DNA of 62,849 nucleotides, counting the filler, from Asterionella formosa (lineage: Eukaryota), in assembly GCA_002256025.1 (NCBI GenBank). It is 14 parts of 14 records of this genome, joined end to end, with 100 filler letters (N's around TTAATTAATTAA, not from the genome) between each part and the next. Parts side by side here need not be neighbours in the genome. Positions count along the whole stretch, not along the records: positions 22,614 to 45,092 come from NKIB01002714.1; positions 45,193 to 46,563 come from NKIB01002719.1; 12 more parts are not named here. One strand, written 5' to 3'. The position numbers and the translations under genes were made by a program. Positions 34,371-46,663 of the stretch are shown in pieces (position 1 is the first letter of the stretch; each line of letters opens with the position of its first letter). Below the pieces are notes generated by a model. The model worked only from the letters and a program-made list of their open reading frames with translations. It was not told the origin of the DNA and made no database searches.

Positions 34371-35907
34371 TCACAAAAATGTTTCCAATTCGTCAATATC
34401 CAAGCGTGATCCCATAAAGCAGGGAGACTTTTGATGGACATGACCTGGTACGACATTTAACAAATCTCCACTTTGGCCATCTATCGCTCGTCCACCAGCC
34501 TTGGAAACAACAAAGGCCATGGGGGCTGACTTGTACAGGAGTTGCAAATTGCCTTTGGGGTGTTGACCATTATCTGCTGGATAACAAAAGATCCCCCCAT
34601 AGGACAATGTTCGATGAATGTCACCGACCATGCTACCCACATATCGATGAGCATATCGTTGTCCTGATTGGTTGTTTCCAGTCTTTAATCCTTTCAAGTA
34701 CTCTTTGAAATCATCTGTCCATCCCTCTGAGTTGCCTTCATTGCATGAGTAGACATTCCCTCGTTCTGGAATCGTAAAATTCGAATGGGTTAAAATAAAT
34801 TCATTTTGTTGTGGATCCAACGTAAATCCATTCACTTCCTCTCCTAGAGTAAATACAAAAACTGTTGCAGATGAATACAAGCAATATCCTGCTGCCTTCA
34901 TTTGACTGGCAGGTTGCAGTACACTTTGAACCATTTCTTGTTGGACCGTTCGTTCCTCTTCCATGGTTGTTTTTGGTGGTGGTGGCATTGCCCGAACGAC
35001 CCCAAAGACAGTTCCAGAACAAATTGCAGCATCCGCATTCCCACTCCCATCCAGGGGGTCCAGTACAGCAATATATTCACTATCATCTAGTGCCTTGGCA
35101 ATCAATACACCTGGTTGATGTTCCGCTGGTCGTTCTTCGGATACTGGTTCTGCCTTGACCATGGCAACTTTGCCAGTAAACCGTAATGCATTTTTCAACA
35201 CTTGTGTGGACAATTGGTCCAATCGTGTCATGGAATAAAAGCGACCATCGGTGGTATGTGTTTGATCGTTCATGGTGTATTTGTCATTCAAGGCATTGCG
35301 AGAAGAAGGGCCATACACTAATCCAGCTCGATTAACTAAATGTGAAATGGTTTTACAAGAAAGTTGAATGGAAAGGATCATTTCAGTAAGAGGACGGAGC
35401 TGAAGTTGAATGTGGTACAATAGGTGAAAGGAGAGAGTCAGTCAGTCAGTTAAATATTCATACATGGTATGTGTGCTGCAGTCCAGTAAGCATCGATGGA
35501 TGTGTTACTGTCAAGTGTCGTTCCCTCAAATGAGAGTACTGGTAACTGCCAAAGTATTTCGACAGTCCAACCACCACTCCACGTACCTCTTCATTGCACT
35601 TGGCCACGGTATCTAAATATCTAGTCAGTGTCAATGGTGCGATTACTTCTCCAGGCTTATTATTACTACTACTAGTAGTAGTATAAGTAGTAGTAGTAGT
35701 AGTAGAAAGGATGGAAGGAGACGAAGAATGATACTCTGGTAAGGATGAATAGTACGTTGGGTCGATCTGCTGCTGTTGAGTTGTATCATACAATGGCTTG
35801 TGAAATAACATCTTCGTTCTGGATGATTGCTGCACAAATGCAGATTCGCCAAGCCATGCCAGAAGAAAAACCATGATGGAGCTCATCACCATGTTTGTTG
35901 CGGTCAT
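34371..35907 (-). CDS. Plastid-targeted class I fructose-1,6-bisphosphatase-like protein (449 aa); exons 35907-35587, 35399-34371
   Basis: DPLDGSGN, AAGYCLYSS, YSCNEGN, RYVGSMVGDIHRTL.YGGIF.YP; signal peptide ending ESA-FVQ; 187-nt GT-AG intron, phase 0. Confidence 0.9.
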
Positions 35908-36835
35908 GGTGAAGGCAATTGCTTGTTGTTAATGTGTGGATAATAGGCTGATGGATGTGTCAACAGATTCGTGACGATTACACATACCAGTAGGTACCGG
36001 TACCGGTATATGATTTGATGTATGCTATGTACCGGTTTTTATTATATTACCGTACGATACATATCTGGAGCCGAAGACGCTGTAAATATTCCTATGTATG
36101 TACCGGCACTCCTCTATGTACAGAAGAAGGGGGTTGCGGCAAAAGACGGTTTTTACTATCAAGCAAACAAAGCTAAACTTATCATTTACAGCAACTTCCA
36201 CAGAATGAAGCGTAGTACCAGGTACCGGGTATAATACCATTATCATATCCTTCCAAATGACGTTGGTCGAAGTAGTCGTGACATGGTGACGTCGAATCAG
36301 AACACAACGTGGCTGTGTCGGCGAGAGGATTTGTTCCCAATCACAGCCAAACAGTGGGAGTGGATTGCTTCGCAATCTATATATTTGTTGCAGTATATTC
36401 TATTGAATCTGCAATTCTTTCACACAAGGTCTGTTTGTTTCAGAGCTTGTTCCTTTTCTATTGTTCCTTTGCTATTGCCGGTTGGTTGTCTTGACGGCAG
36501 TTATTGATTTTCGAACGACAACAGAAATGAAACCACAGCGGCGAGAGAAAGTGAAAACGACAACATGATTGTTTCCCGTAGTTGCGTTGTGACGATACTT
36601 CGTGCTTGATTTTCAGAATTCCAGATTCCGTCAGAGGATCTGCCTTAATACGTTTATACAGTACTGGCGCACAGCGTTGTAGGATCTGCTGTAACATTTT
36701 TTATATTATTTCTCCAATCATCAACTTCGAAATGCTTGCGCTAACAAACTGTCGTTTTTGGTTTCTTTCATTCATTCTTTGTGTTACAGAATATTTATAC
36801 ATACACACATTTATACCACTCATTCCAAATAAATC

Positions 36836-37150
36836 ATGACGGCCGATGCTCCACCCAAACTCAACAAGATCTTTTCGGAAGAACTCCCGGATCACTTGTC
36901 CAAGGAACAACAGGCTTTGTTGAAGCAAGTCAAACAAATTCGTACGACGCCTCGTGATTTGAGATTCCCATCCACCAATCAAGCAGGACATTGCTTCAAT
37001 CGGTACAATGAATGGGTGCTGTGTGTGAAGAATGTTGGAGAAGGAGAATGTGCTCAATTGAGACAAGCGGCCATTTCGATCTGTCCAACCATTTGGACGG
37101 ACAAGTGGGATGAAGATCGAGGTGAAGGAACATTTGCTGGTGTTAATTAA
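36836..37150 (+). CDS. COX6B: Cytochrome c oxidase subunit 6B
   Basis: DLRFPSTNQAGHCFNRYNEWVLC...C.........CP..W...W.E.R..GTF.G twin-Cys pattern. Confidence 0.93.
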   Translation: MTADAPPKLNKIFSEELPDHLSKEQQALLKQVKQIRTTPRDLRFPSTNQAGHCFNRYNEWVLCVKNVGEGECAQLRQAAISICPTIWTDKWDEDRGEGTFAGVN

Positions 37151-38029
37151 TGATTATGATGACACACACACATACACACTTTGTGTGTGGGTTGGTGAAT
37201 ATTGGTTGTCATGAGGTGGACCATAATTTTGGTGCAGTCATTGAATGTAGGACAGGTAGGAGGTTTAAAAAAAGACAGTATAGGTACCATGATAGTATCA
37301 GCCCTAGTGATCATTACCAAGCATGTAGTGAACTTGTCTGTCTCTCATTATAAAATGGGCTCGTTATCTTGGATAGGTTTGCGACTTCTCTTGGAGAGCA
37401 GCAGCGAACAACGTTAATGTGGTTGGAATTTCCCAATTCCAAGTTTTGAAGATTAGAAATTCATCCCCCATTTTTGCTAGATTTTGGAATTTGATAAGGA
37501 ATCATGTATGAGTTGATCTCCTGGACACAGTTTCCGCACAGGAGACTTGTTACGTCTAGGCTACCAGTACCTACTGGATACTATAATCAGACTTTGTCAA
37601 CTGATTATTGGGTTGACTACCAGGAGGTTGTCGACCAGCTTACCATAGTGTGTGGCTACTATTGAGAATGTGCCATGAACAGAAAAAATATGTAACAATC
37701 GCATTTGTTTTGATATATTTATCCTATTGTTGCCATCTGATGCGATTTAATCTTTATGCTTTGATGACGGCTGCAGAATAGTGCCAGATACTAGCTAGGC
37801 TTGCATGATGCAGCATGATGCATGGTGGTAAACAAGAAACAATGAAACTGCGATAGTTGTAGAGCATGTCCCTGCTAATGGAACATGCAATTTAGGCTAT
37901 GGAATCATTCAGCATTTCATGATCTGTGTCTTCATTGGGAGTCAGATCCTTTTCAGTGGTCGGCGCAATGCCGTAATTCTATCATGCAGAAGAAAGAACA
38001 ATTGGGAGTACTAGTCCTTCTTATTGCCT

Positions 38030-38280
38030 TGGCTGCCTTGTTGTAGTCCAAAAAGGCGGGCAAGATGTGAGCTCCCAGGGTCAAACAAGCAACAGATGGT
38101 GCTGCCGCAGCATATTCAGCACCAGGTGACAATGAAAATTGTGTAATAATCATAAGGACAATGGTGCACAAATACTGGAATCCAATGGACAATTGGAATG
38201 CGTGATTGTCAGGACTGCTTGGCAGGACACTGAAGTAGCGACCAAGACCAAACAAACCATTTAGAACATAGAAAGTGTAA
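38030..38280 (-). pseudogene. Fragment of a membrane-protein-like coding sequence abutting the copia remnant
   Basis: Open hydrophobic frame YVLNGLFGLGRYF...HILPAFLDY; no start codon, family not identified. Confidence 0.3.
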
Positions 38281-40140
38281 TTTTTTTGGTTGAAAAGAGA
38301 GACAAGAGTATTAAAGGCAGAGCTTGTGCCAATGGCAGTTCGCAACTTGAATACATGGAAACAAGAGATGAAGCAGCTAGTCCAACTACTTTGACTGAAT
38401 CTGTTAGCATGATAACAGCAACAATTGATGCAAAGCAAAATCGCGATGTTACGACTGCAGATATACCAATGCATTTGTGCAAGTGGATATCGAGGAGAAA
38501 GTTAAAGGGGAGCGAATCATTACGAAGATTAGTGGTTTACTTGTCAATATGTTGACAGAACTCAGCCCTGAGACTCATGAAAAATATGTTGTTTATGAAG
38601 GAAACAACAAGTCCTATATGTTAGGATGATCAAGGCATTATATGGCATGTTATAGTCATCATTATTATATTACAAGAAATTTCGGAAGGATATTGAGTCA
38701 ATTGGATTCAAGGTCAACCCATATAATCCATGCATTGAAAATCGCATTGTTAATGGAAAACAACACACAGTTACTTGGCACATAGACGATTTGAAATCTA
38801 GTCACGTGGACAGGAAAGTGGATGATCAATTTTTAGAATGGCTCAAAAAGAAATACGTTTCTGACGAAATTGGTGAAGTCAAGGTCGTGTGTGGAAAGAA
38901 GCATGATTATTTGGCGATGACACTAGATTACTCTCTTCCAGGAGTGTTGAGGGTGGACATGACCAAATATGTGAAATCAATGATTGATGATTTTCCAGAC
39001 AAACTTGAAGGAGTTGGAAAATTCCAATGGACAGAGAAATTGTTCACAATTGATACGACATCAAAGAAGCTTGAATATGAAAAAGCAAAAACATTTCATA
39101 CTTTTGTTATGAAAGGATTGTTCCTATGTGAGCGAGGAAGACAGGAAATTCAACCAGGACTACCAAAACAAATGAAGGCGATTGGGCAAAATTAGTCAAG
39201 ATCATGAATTTCTTGAAAGCAACTCAGAATGAGGTTGCATCTATGAGTGCTGATGACACTCAGAGCATTAAAGGGTACGTTGATGCGGCGTTTGCAGTAC
39301 ACAAAGATTTTAAAAGTCACACAGGAGCTACATTGTAACTTGGAAACGGAATTATTTGTTCTAGTATGTCCAGTATGAAACAGAAAGTGAACACTAGAAG
39401 TTCGACTGAAGCAGAATTGGTTGGTGTCGATGACATTATATCAAAGGTGTTGGGAACGAAATTATTTATTGAAGCACAAGGACACAAGGTGACTACGAGT
39501 GTCATTTATTGTGACAACACTAGCGCAATGAAGCTAGAAGCAAATGGAAAAGCAAGTTCAGGAAAACGCATGCGACATTTCAACATCAAGTATTTTTACA
39601 TTACTGATCTTATTGAAAGAAAGGAAGTACAAATTAAGTACTGTCCAACGGATGCAATGATTGCAGACTACATGACGAAACCACTGGTTGGAACGAAATT
39701 CAAAGTGAGCATCCATGTCCAGCAGGAGGAGTGTGTTGGAGAATTATTTTAGGAAAGAAAAATCCCTGTATGAATTACCTACTACATATTGAATCGAATG
39801 AATCAAAAAAGAATATGGTACCAGAGAAAACTCAGAATTCGAAAACAATCTATATCGACAGTAAAACCCATAATTCTACTAAAACTCTTAGGAACGATTA
39901 CAATCGATTACTGCACAGCCTATTTGGTCCCTGATGTGTCCTTACAGGATACAAGAAAGCAATAGAGGGCTTTGGGACGCAATTTCAAAAGATGGATCGT
40001 TCAGATTGTGAGTAAATAAAGAAAGTCGAATACATTTTGATAGTATTTTTCAATTAAATCTAGAACGCCTGTGCATTCGATTAAAGACACAATTGGTCAA
40101 TGAAAATAGACACACACACACACACACAAACATCCTCAAC
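38281..40140 (+). mobile_element. Degraded, 5'-truncated Ty1/copia (CoDi-like) RT-RNase H with PPT and probable 3' LTR from 39734
   Basis: EKRDKSIKGRACANG, ADIP, KALYGML, HIDDLKSSH, YVDAAFAVHKDFKSHTG, SSTEAELVGVDD, ADYMTKPL with many frameshifts; purine run agcaggaggag followed by TGTTGG. LTR end approximate. Confidence 0.9.
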
Positions 40141-41269
40141 TTCGATCAATTGTGCTCTCTGCATTATATGGCGGAAATTTTTTCACAGCAGGGCTAATGA
40201 ATAGAGATTATTGACAGCACTGTATCTAATCAATTGACTACTTGACATTCATGTATGGTAGCTGATCAGCTCATTGTATTAGCTAGAGCAAGTTCGTTCC
40301 ATGATCATTTTTAACTACATCGACTACATCAAATCTTAATGTCCAATTAGCCCGCCGCAAAAATCAAAAGAAAGCATTTTTTATTCTTCGCTCCTTTTGG
40401 TATTCTTCAAGTGCGAATTTGGAAATTCCTTTTCTGAACTAGGGGAGTCCAATATTGGTTCTTAGACGAGTTCGCTCGTGAAATATTCAGAGAAAATGTC
40501 TGAATTGATCCGGTAGGAGTATTGAATTTTATATCCGCCGTGAATGCACCGCCCTCCTGTTTGCTCGACGATAAATGCGGGGAATTATTGGAATTGCTCG
40601 GCTGAGGTTTTACCGGCGGGTAGTCTAATACTTAATTCATCTATGATACGGTAGGCAGCAGGATTAGATTTGCTTTTTCCTGTCGCATAGGTTGCTTAGT
40701 AGATCCAAATTGATGACGTGCATCATTATATGTACCGGTATCCGGTATTGAATAAAGCGTAATATTATTTGTTCGAACAGACATAATTTGTTCAAAAGAA
40801 TGAGAACCGCAGGAGCACTGCTGATGCCTTCATCAAGGAAATGAGCAAACAACTGATGTGTGCATGATGATCCGTTTATTTACTCCGATAATGAAACAAA
40901 ACTACTGTTGTTATCCTCTCAATATAAATTGCACCTACTCAACATGAAGACCATTCATTCTGCTCCCATATCGGTATTCCTTTCCATAGTCCATTGCACC
41001 TTCGCTGCTTCACCTCCGTGTACAATCAGCAGGGGCTCTACCAGTACTACTAGCAACATCATCGAGGCCTTATGAAAGTAATAAAGGTGAAAATGGTAAC
41101 AATGGAAATGAGAATCATGGAGAGCAATATAATTTTTGGCTTCTTCCATTGAACGACATGAAGGAGTTCGAAACATGCTGAGGCAAGTTGTCATATATTC
41201 TCTCATTGCTCCTCCCAGGGTAAAATTATTCGTGATACTCCTGATGAAGTTAGTCATGGCGAGGATACT

Positions 41270-41800
41270 CCTGGTGTCTATGACAGCCACTCCTCACAAA
41301 TCTACTCACAACGAGGGAGATCAAAGTGATGATTCTCCAGATGTCTATCATCCTAATGGATGCATGATCAACATTGAAGCGACTTGCATGATTTATGATG
41401 GCATCAGTAATACTAGTTGCATTGATTTCGAGATCCCACAATGTAAATGGCAACTATTCTCTCTGGAATTCTCCTACTATGGAGGAAACTTTAGCCAAAG
41501 TAAGAATAACACTCAAACAGATCATGATCCTTTGGTTCAGTGCCAAGATTTTCATAGAGGTCCACCCACTGACACTCTTTCTTTCCAAATGAGCTTCATT
41601 GTTGTCACTGATGGAGAGAGAAGTGGAGTCATCCACTTTTCAGATTTTTAAATGTAAACTCTAATTATTTCATTGTTGACACAGCTGGGGTTGACTCCAA
41701 CGAGGCACCAGCAGCAAAACAGAATGTTACCATCTACTCAAGCAGCAATGCCAGGTTTGAAAACATGCTACAGACAAGTTTCTTTAACAGCTATTGCTCA
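41270..41800 (+). pseudogene. Remnant of a diatom Cys-rich extracellular repeat domain (DUF7467-like)
   Basis: C.I.IEATC...C...LEFSYYGGN.SQS.N.Q....C.DF..GPPT...FIVVTD pattern, then stops and frameshifts. Confidence 0.5.
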
Positions 41801-42333
41801 TCTACCTACCAACTTGGTTTTGGGGGATCATGCATGAATCTATGTTAGTACCTACCGGTACTCCTACAGCATTGAATAAGGAATTTATTTATAGGGAATC
41901 TCGACCTCAATATCACCAGAATCATTCATCATACTACCTGGTACCGGTACTCGAGGTTAACTATTTTCCAGCCATACCGGTACTTTTTACGTGGTTAGTA
42001 AGTGTGAGCGTATCTACGTAGATGGTCCAACCACGTTGCACCATCAGTTCGCTTCAAATACCAAGTATGAATGAATACCGGTGTCTGATTCATCAGAAGC
42101 GGCAAGTAACCAATTTACCTGGAGAACCCGCGTTTCCGTATTTGTCACTTCTACCACTTTGCTCTCGTTGCTGTCAGTGATGACAACTAGTATCGCTTCC
42201 TCCTCAGCTTGCTCATAAAACTGTTGGGCCATTTCCATCAGACTACCGGTAGTATCGCCGTTGTCATCGCTCATTATATAGAGTCGAAAAATCATTCAAT
42301 TCTTTCAGTTAAAACTGACGGACCATTTCAATC

Positions 42334-42975
42334 ATGAATCTCTCCACTTTCCTCTTCGTGGCTGCGCTTACCGTGTCGTCCATTGAAGCCACCAGAAAGC
42401 TTCGAGGGTCAACGACTATCACTACTGACATTACTTATTCTTCGACGAAACGCTTCACTAAAAAGTCTGGTACCTGCGGAGGTAAAATGGACAAAAAAAA
42501 GGACGACATTTTTGCACTGACTCCCTTTACATCGACATTTTATGTTGCCTACGCTGGACCCACGGGTCCATTTCAAGGAAATGTCATTACGACAGTTGAA
42601 ACAGTCCATCGAGATACCTACAATCAAGTGATTGGATGTGCTCGCGAAATACTTTTAGATTCCGTGGTTATAAATAACCAAACGTACTATCCACCAATCA
42701 ACAGAAACAGAAACTTGGCATATTCACGGTCCTTTTCACTTGTCAATTCATATTCTGTTTCTGGTACTTGTCGGTCTTGTTCCTCTGGTACTAAATTATT
42801 TAATGATGCTGTCCGACGACGATTCTTACAGACACTTGCTGCAAGCAGCAGCAGCAGAAGCAATTCAACGGCATTGTTCAATGCAGCATCATTAGTGAAT
42901 CTAAATGCAGCTGGTATTACTCAAGTTACAAGTGTCTCTGCCACAAATGGTGTGCCATTGACTCTCATGAACTAA
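42334..42975 (+). CDS. Secreted protein of a diatom-type family
   Basis: Signal peptide MNLSTFLFVAALTVSSIEA, RKLRG and RRRFLQ basic processing-like sites, VSGTCRSC....LFND motif. Confidence 0.7.
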   Translation: MNLSTFLFVAALTVSSIEATRKLRGSTTITTDITYSSTKRFTKKSGTCGGKMDKKKDDIFALTPFTSTFYVAYAGPTGPFQGNVITTVETVHRDTYNQVIGCAREILLDSVVINNQTYYPPINRNRNLAYSRSFSLVNSYSVSGTCRSCSSGTKLFNDAVRRRFLQTLAASSSSRSNSTALFNAASLVNLNAAGITQVTSVSATNGVPLTLMN

Positions 42976-45372
42976 CCAGAAACTCAAGGAATAGATCAAT
43001 TGGACCAATGGATGGAGGGGATTGTAAATTCACAAACGACAATTCCATAGAGAGAAATAGAAAAAAGTACTTTTCTATATAAACATATATAGAGATACAC
43101 CAACCGATATACCATACTCGACCATTACAAAATGGTTGGATGTACACTAGTAAGTTGTAATAGTATTCCAATGGCAGTTCACCAACTATCCTTTGGCAAT
43201 CAATTTGGGTACAAATGTTTCATTTGTAATGGACCATCCACAAAATTTGCATACCATCAGTATGAGAATTGAATGAATTGAACTCTTATTAAATATATAT
43301 ATAAATCAGAATGATAATCGGAATACCAAAAATCGGTATTTACCATACAGTGACTACCAGGTGAGCAATCCTGCATATCAATACAGATGTATATCAGAAC
43401 TCAATAATAAAAGAACTTGACTACCACCTGCTATTGTATACTTTGGTGTCGACTTAGAGAATGAGTTGCACACAAGGATTAAAGAATAAGCTCATATATT
43501 CAACAAATAATAATACTTCTAATTAGATACTTCACTTTGAATTCAAAAAGAGTCCAATTAGAATTAATAATCATGTTGATGTACTGTCTTCTCAAGTTCC
43601 AGCCATTGGTCCTATTGATGATGGATAACAACATACTAAACATCAAGATTCAGACCTTGTTTTGTATCCCTACCAGGTCTATGTTTGGAGTCTTTCTATT
43701 GAAGATATGATCAATGAACACTCAGTGGAAGCTTGTTGATTGACTTCAGTAAATCCTGTGATATGGCTAACAAATGTACCTATAGTCCAGCAGATTCCTT
43801 GCTTGTTCTCCTACTGCTACAAAAGATGGCTCACAAATATTGCTTTGTCTGCTGACTGGATGAGCATTACAATAATCCCAGATGCTCACCAGGCCCAAGA
43901 CAGTCTCAACAACGTCATGGTGATGTGTCTGGAAGATTCTCTTATTCATGATATCTCTGAGAATCAGCATCAGTGGATGCCACGATAATACTCAATAAAA
44001 CATTTCAACATGTTGGTGATCGACTTCGCTGCCTATCTCAAGACCTAAAATAAGCTCCTCAAACTCCTGATGCTTCATCCAGGCGATCAGGAAGTCTTGG
44101 CCAAGGACGATTTGAGGTTAATTTTCATTTATTTTATGCCCAATGTGTGGAAGCAAGGCTTGAATGGAAATATGAAAAGAACACAAATCAAGAGAACACG
44201 CGTGCCTTGTATCAATTTTCAAACATAAAATCGTCTATAAATAGTTAAAGCTGACGACAATCCTGTGATGCATCAAGAAAACAAGCGTGACTAGCTAGTG
44301 TCAATTTTTTAAAGATCGTTTTTGCATTGCTGAATGCAGTCATGTGATGCATCAAGAAAACAGCCATGTCAAGCGTCAATTTGTACACGATAATGATACA
44401 CTAAGTGGTAATGGTACTAGGGCACATGCATTTTAATGTATCCCCCCCCCCTGTTACTCTGGCGTGAAAATTCTACGCAGAGCGAATTATCATCATACTG
44501 ACACAGCTAACCCTGTTCATGTTTGCTTTTTGTGTGCATGTTTTCTACAAATGCATTGGTTAACCCTATCATGATGTCTGGTTAGGGTACTGTGCCGAGG
44601 GCCATACCTGCCGACTTTTATGAATCTGCCCAGGAAATTGTAGTGTTCATGAACCCTCCTTTTGGTCAGCTGGTCGCCTTTATGCCTAAAATCCAGCAGA
44701 ATGCTGAACAGATCGCCTTAACAGAAGTATGTGCGACAATAGCAATGCTATTTTTATAATACATATATATATATTTATAATGGCAAATTAAATATGTCGT
44801 ATGTCAGTCATGACCTGGATAACATTTGTTATTTACATGATAATTACAGGCTGGATATCGCCGCTATTGTAACGCGGGATATTTTAAAATGCATAGGTGG
44901 CTTCAACATATCATCCCATACATCTCTCAAGGCCTGACTCCAGTCTCATTTCTTTCTTTGCCTAACATCTAAGCCGCGTATTACGTGAAGTGACCATCAC
45001 GTAAATAAGCCTAGTTGATTTTGAATGGATCACATGAATTAGTTGAATACATCAAAATGCTTACTTGAATATATCTATATATTATCTGAATANNNNNNNN
45101 NNNNNNNNNNNNNNNNNNNNNNNNNNNNNNNNNNNNTTAATTAATTAANNNNNNNNNNNNNNNNNNNNNNNNNNNNNNNNNNNNNNNNNNNNTGTGTAGA
45201 CAGTGGCATCAACAGGTATTGTGCAAAGGTAATTTCTTTGTTACAACATATTGATCAAAATATTCAATTTACCAGGTGTTTACAATTGAGTCTTTGTTTA
45301 ACAATTAATAGCATTCAAAGTGTAGTTCAGAGTGCATCTACATGATATGATACTAAAAATAAGTATATCTAT

Positions 45373-45887
45373 TCATTTGGGACAGGTACGTGAATTGTGC
45401 CCATTCACCCCACAATTACCACATTGATTTCCACTGACATATTCAAATCTTGACTTATCTCGTTGATTAGCACGGTTCTTAGAGCCTGGAGGACGTCCAC
45501 GCTTCCTAACTACACTGACCACTGGATTTGAAAGCATATGTAGCGGTCGAGAAGTGGCTTCCTCAAGTCTTTGCAATAAAACGGGAACTTGATCAGCATC
45601 TACCGAATATAGGGTCTCTTGGATTGAGTTCAGCCGCTTCTGTCGTGGAGAGGAGACATTGGCTGCTGGGGATGAAGTCTCATGCTGAAGCATCCAATGC
45701 TCGTGAAAATCGGTGCTTTGGAATGTTCCAGAGCTTACATATCCTTATAATACTTGGTAACAGCTTCAATGCATTTTTCCCGAGAATCAAATGTAACTTG
45801 ATCCATTAGATTGACGTCGGATAAATTTTCATCTCCCTCCTCTGTATTGTCCCCAATAGGTTCTGACAGCTTTGGTTGAGGAGGCAT
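45373..45887 (-). mobile_element. Internally deleted Mutator/MULE transposase remnant
   Basis: N-terminal TFDSREKCIEAV (FAR1-like) joined near 45735 to C-terminal DFHEHWML...KRGRPPGSKN..RDKSRFE..CGNCGVNGHNSRTC; the DDE core is absent. Confidence 0.7.
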
Positions 45888-46006
45888 CAGAGTCAATTCG
45901 AACACAATGATGTGCATGCGTTAGCACGGCAGTGTCGTGGAGGAGTCAACTAAAATTCGTGTGGCAAAAAAGTATTGGTGGTTTATACGAAGACTATGTA
46001 GGCTAG

Positions 46007-46385
46007 TGTTGAAAGGTCTCGTACTCCTTCCCGTCTGACGGGTTCCTCTTACGTAGAACTTACCTGTTATACCACTAGTATTGTTATCTTCTTTCTGCTG
46101 CTAGCCTTCGTGCTAGTTTTCGCTATTGACCTTTCTCTGTCAATTCTCACTGTTTCTTAATTATAAGATTAAACTAAAACTAAGTTTCAATCCCATTCAT
46201 CACACTTCGAGAACCTGTTCTTCGTGTTCCCTTTTCGTTGATGTAAACCTTCTTCTGATTGATCTAAGACATCAATCTCGTTAGCAAGCTTCTTGACATG
46301 GGAACGCACCATTTGACTCATTGGACTATAGTCGAGTCCACAGTCCTTGTGACTCATTATAGCCATTGATGCTATATTCTTGACA
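46007..46385 (-). mobile_element. 3' LTR of the same copia family as 161-539
   Basis: 379-bp near-identical copy, preceded on the minus strand by the purine tract AACGAGGAGGA. Confidence 0.93.
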
Positions 46386-46563
46386 TCCTCCTCGTTACCA
46401 TGTTCAAGAAGTTCTAAAATTGTACCACTCAGCACGGGTCCAGATAACCTTGTAAAAATCTGCTCTTTGACATTCTTCGTCAAAATGTCTGCTGGATTGT
46501 TTTCTGATCTTAGAAAAACAATATGCAACTCACCCTCATCTATCATGTTCTTGACATGATGAA
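46187..46563 (-). CDS. pol: C-terminus of copia pol (RNase H), reading into the LTR
   Basis: HHVKNMIDEGELHIVFLRSENNPADILTKN. Confidence 0.88.
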
Positions 46564-46663
46564 NNNNNNNNNNNNNNNNNNNNNNNNNNNNNNNNNNNNN
46601 NNNNNNNTTAATTAATTAANNNNNNNNNNNNNNNNNNNNNNNNNNNNNNNNNNNNNNNNNNNN

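Noticed and set aside
42044..42295. Small acidic ORF divergent from the secreted-protein gene
   Set aside because: No motif support, and it contains a TA-CCGG-TA module; not called.
43500..44200. Possible decayed helicase or TE gene
   Set aside because: No diagnostic motif could be recovered.
161..46385. One 46-kb LTR element bounded by the two LTRs
   Set aside because: The LTRs are on different contigs, the internal sequences point outward from the interval, and the flanks do not form a TSD.
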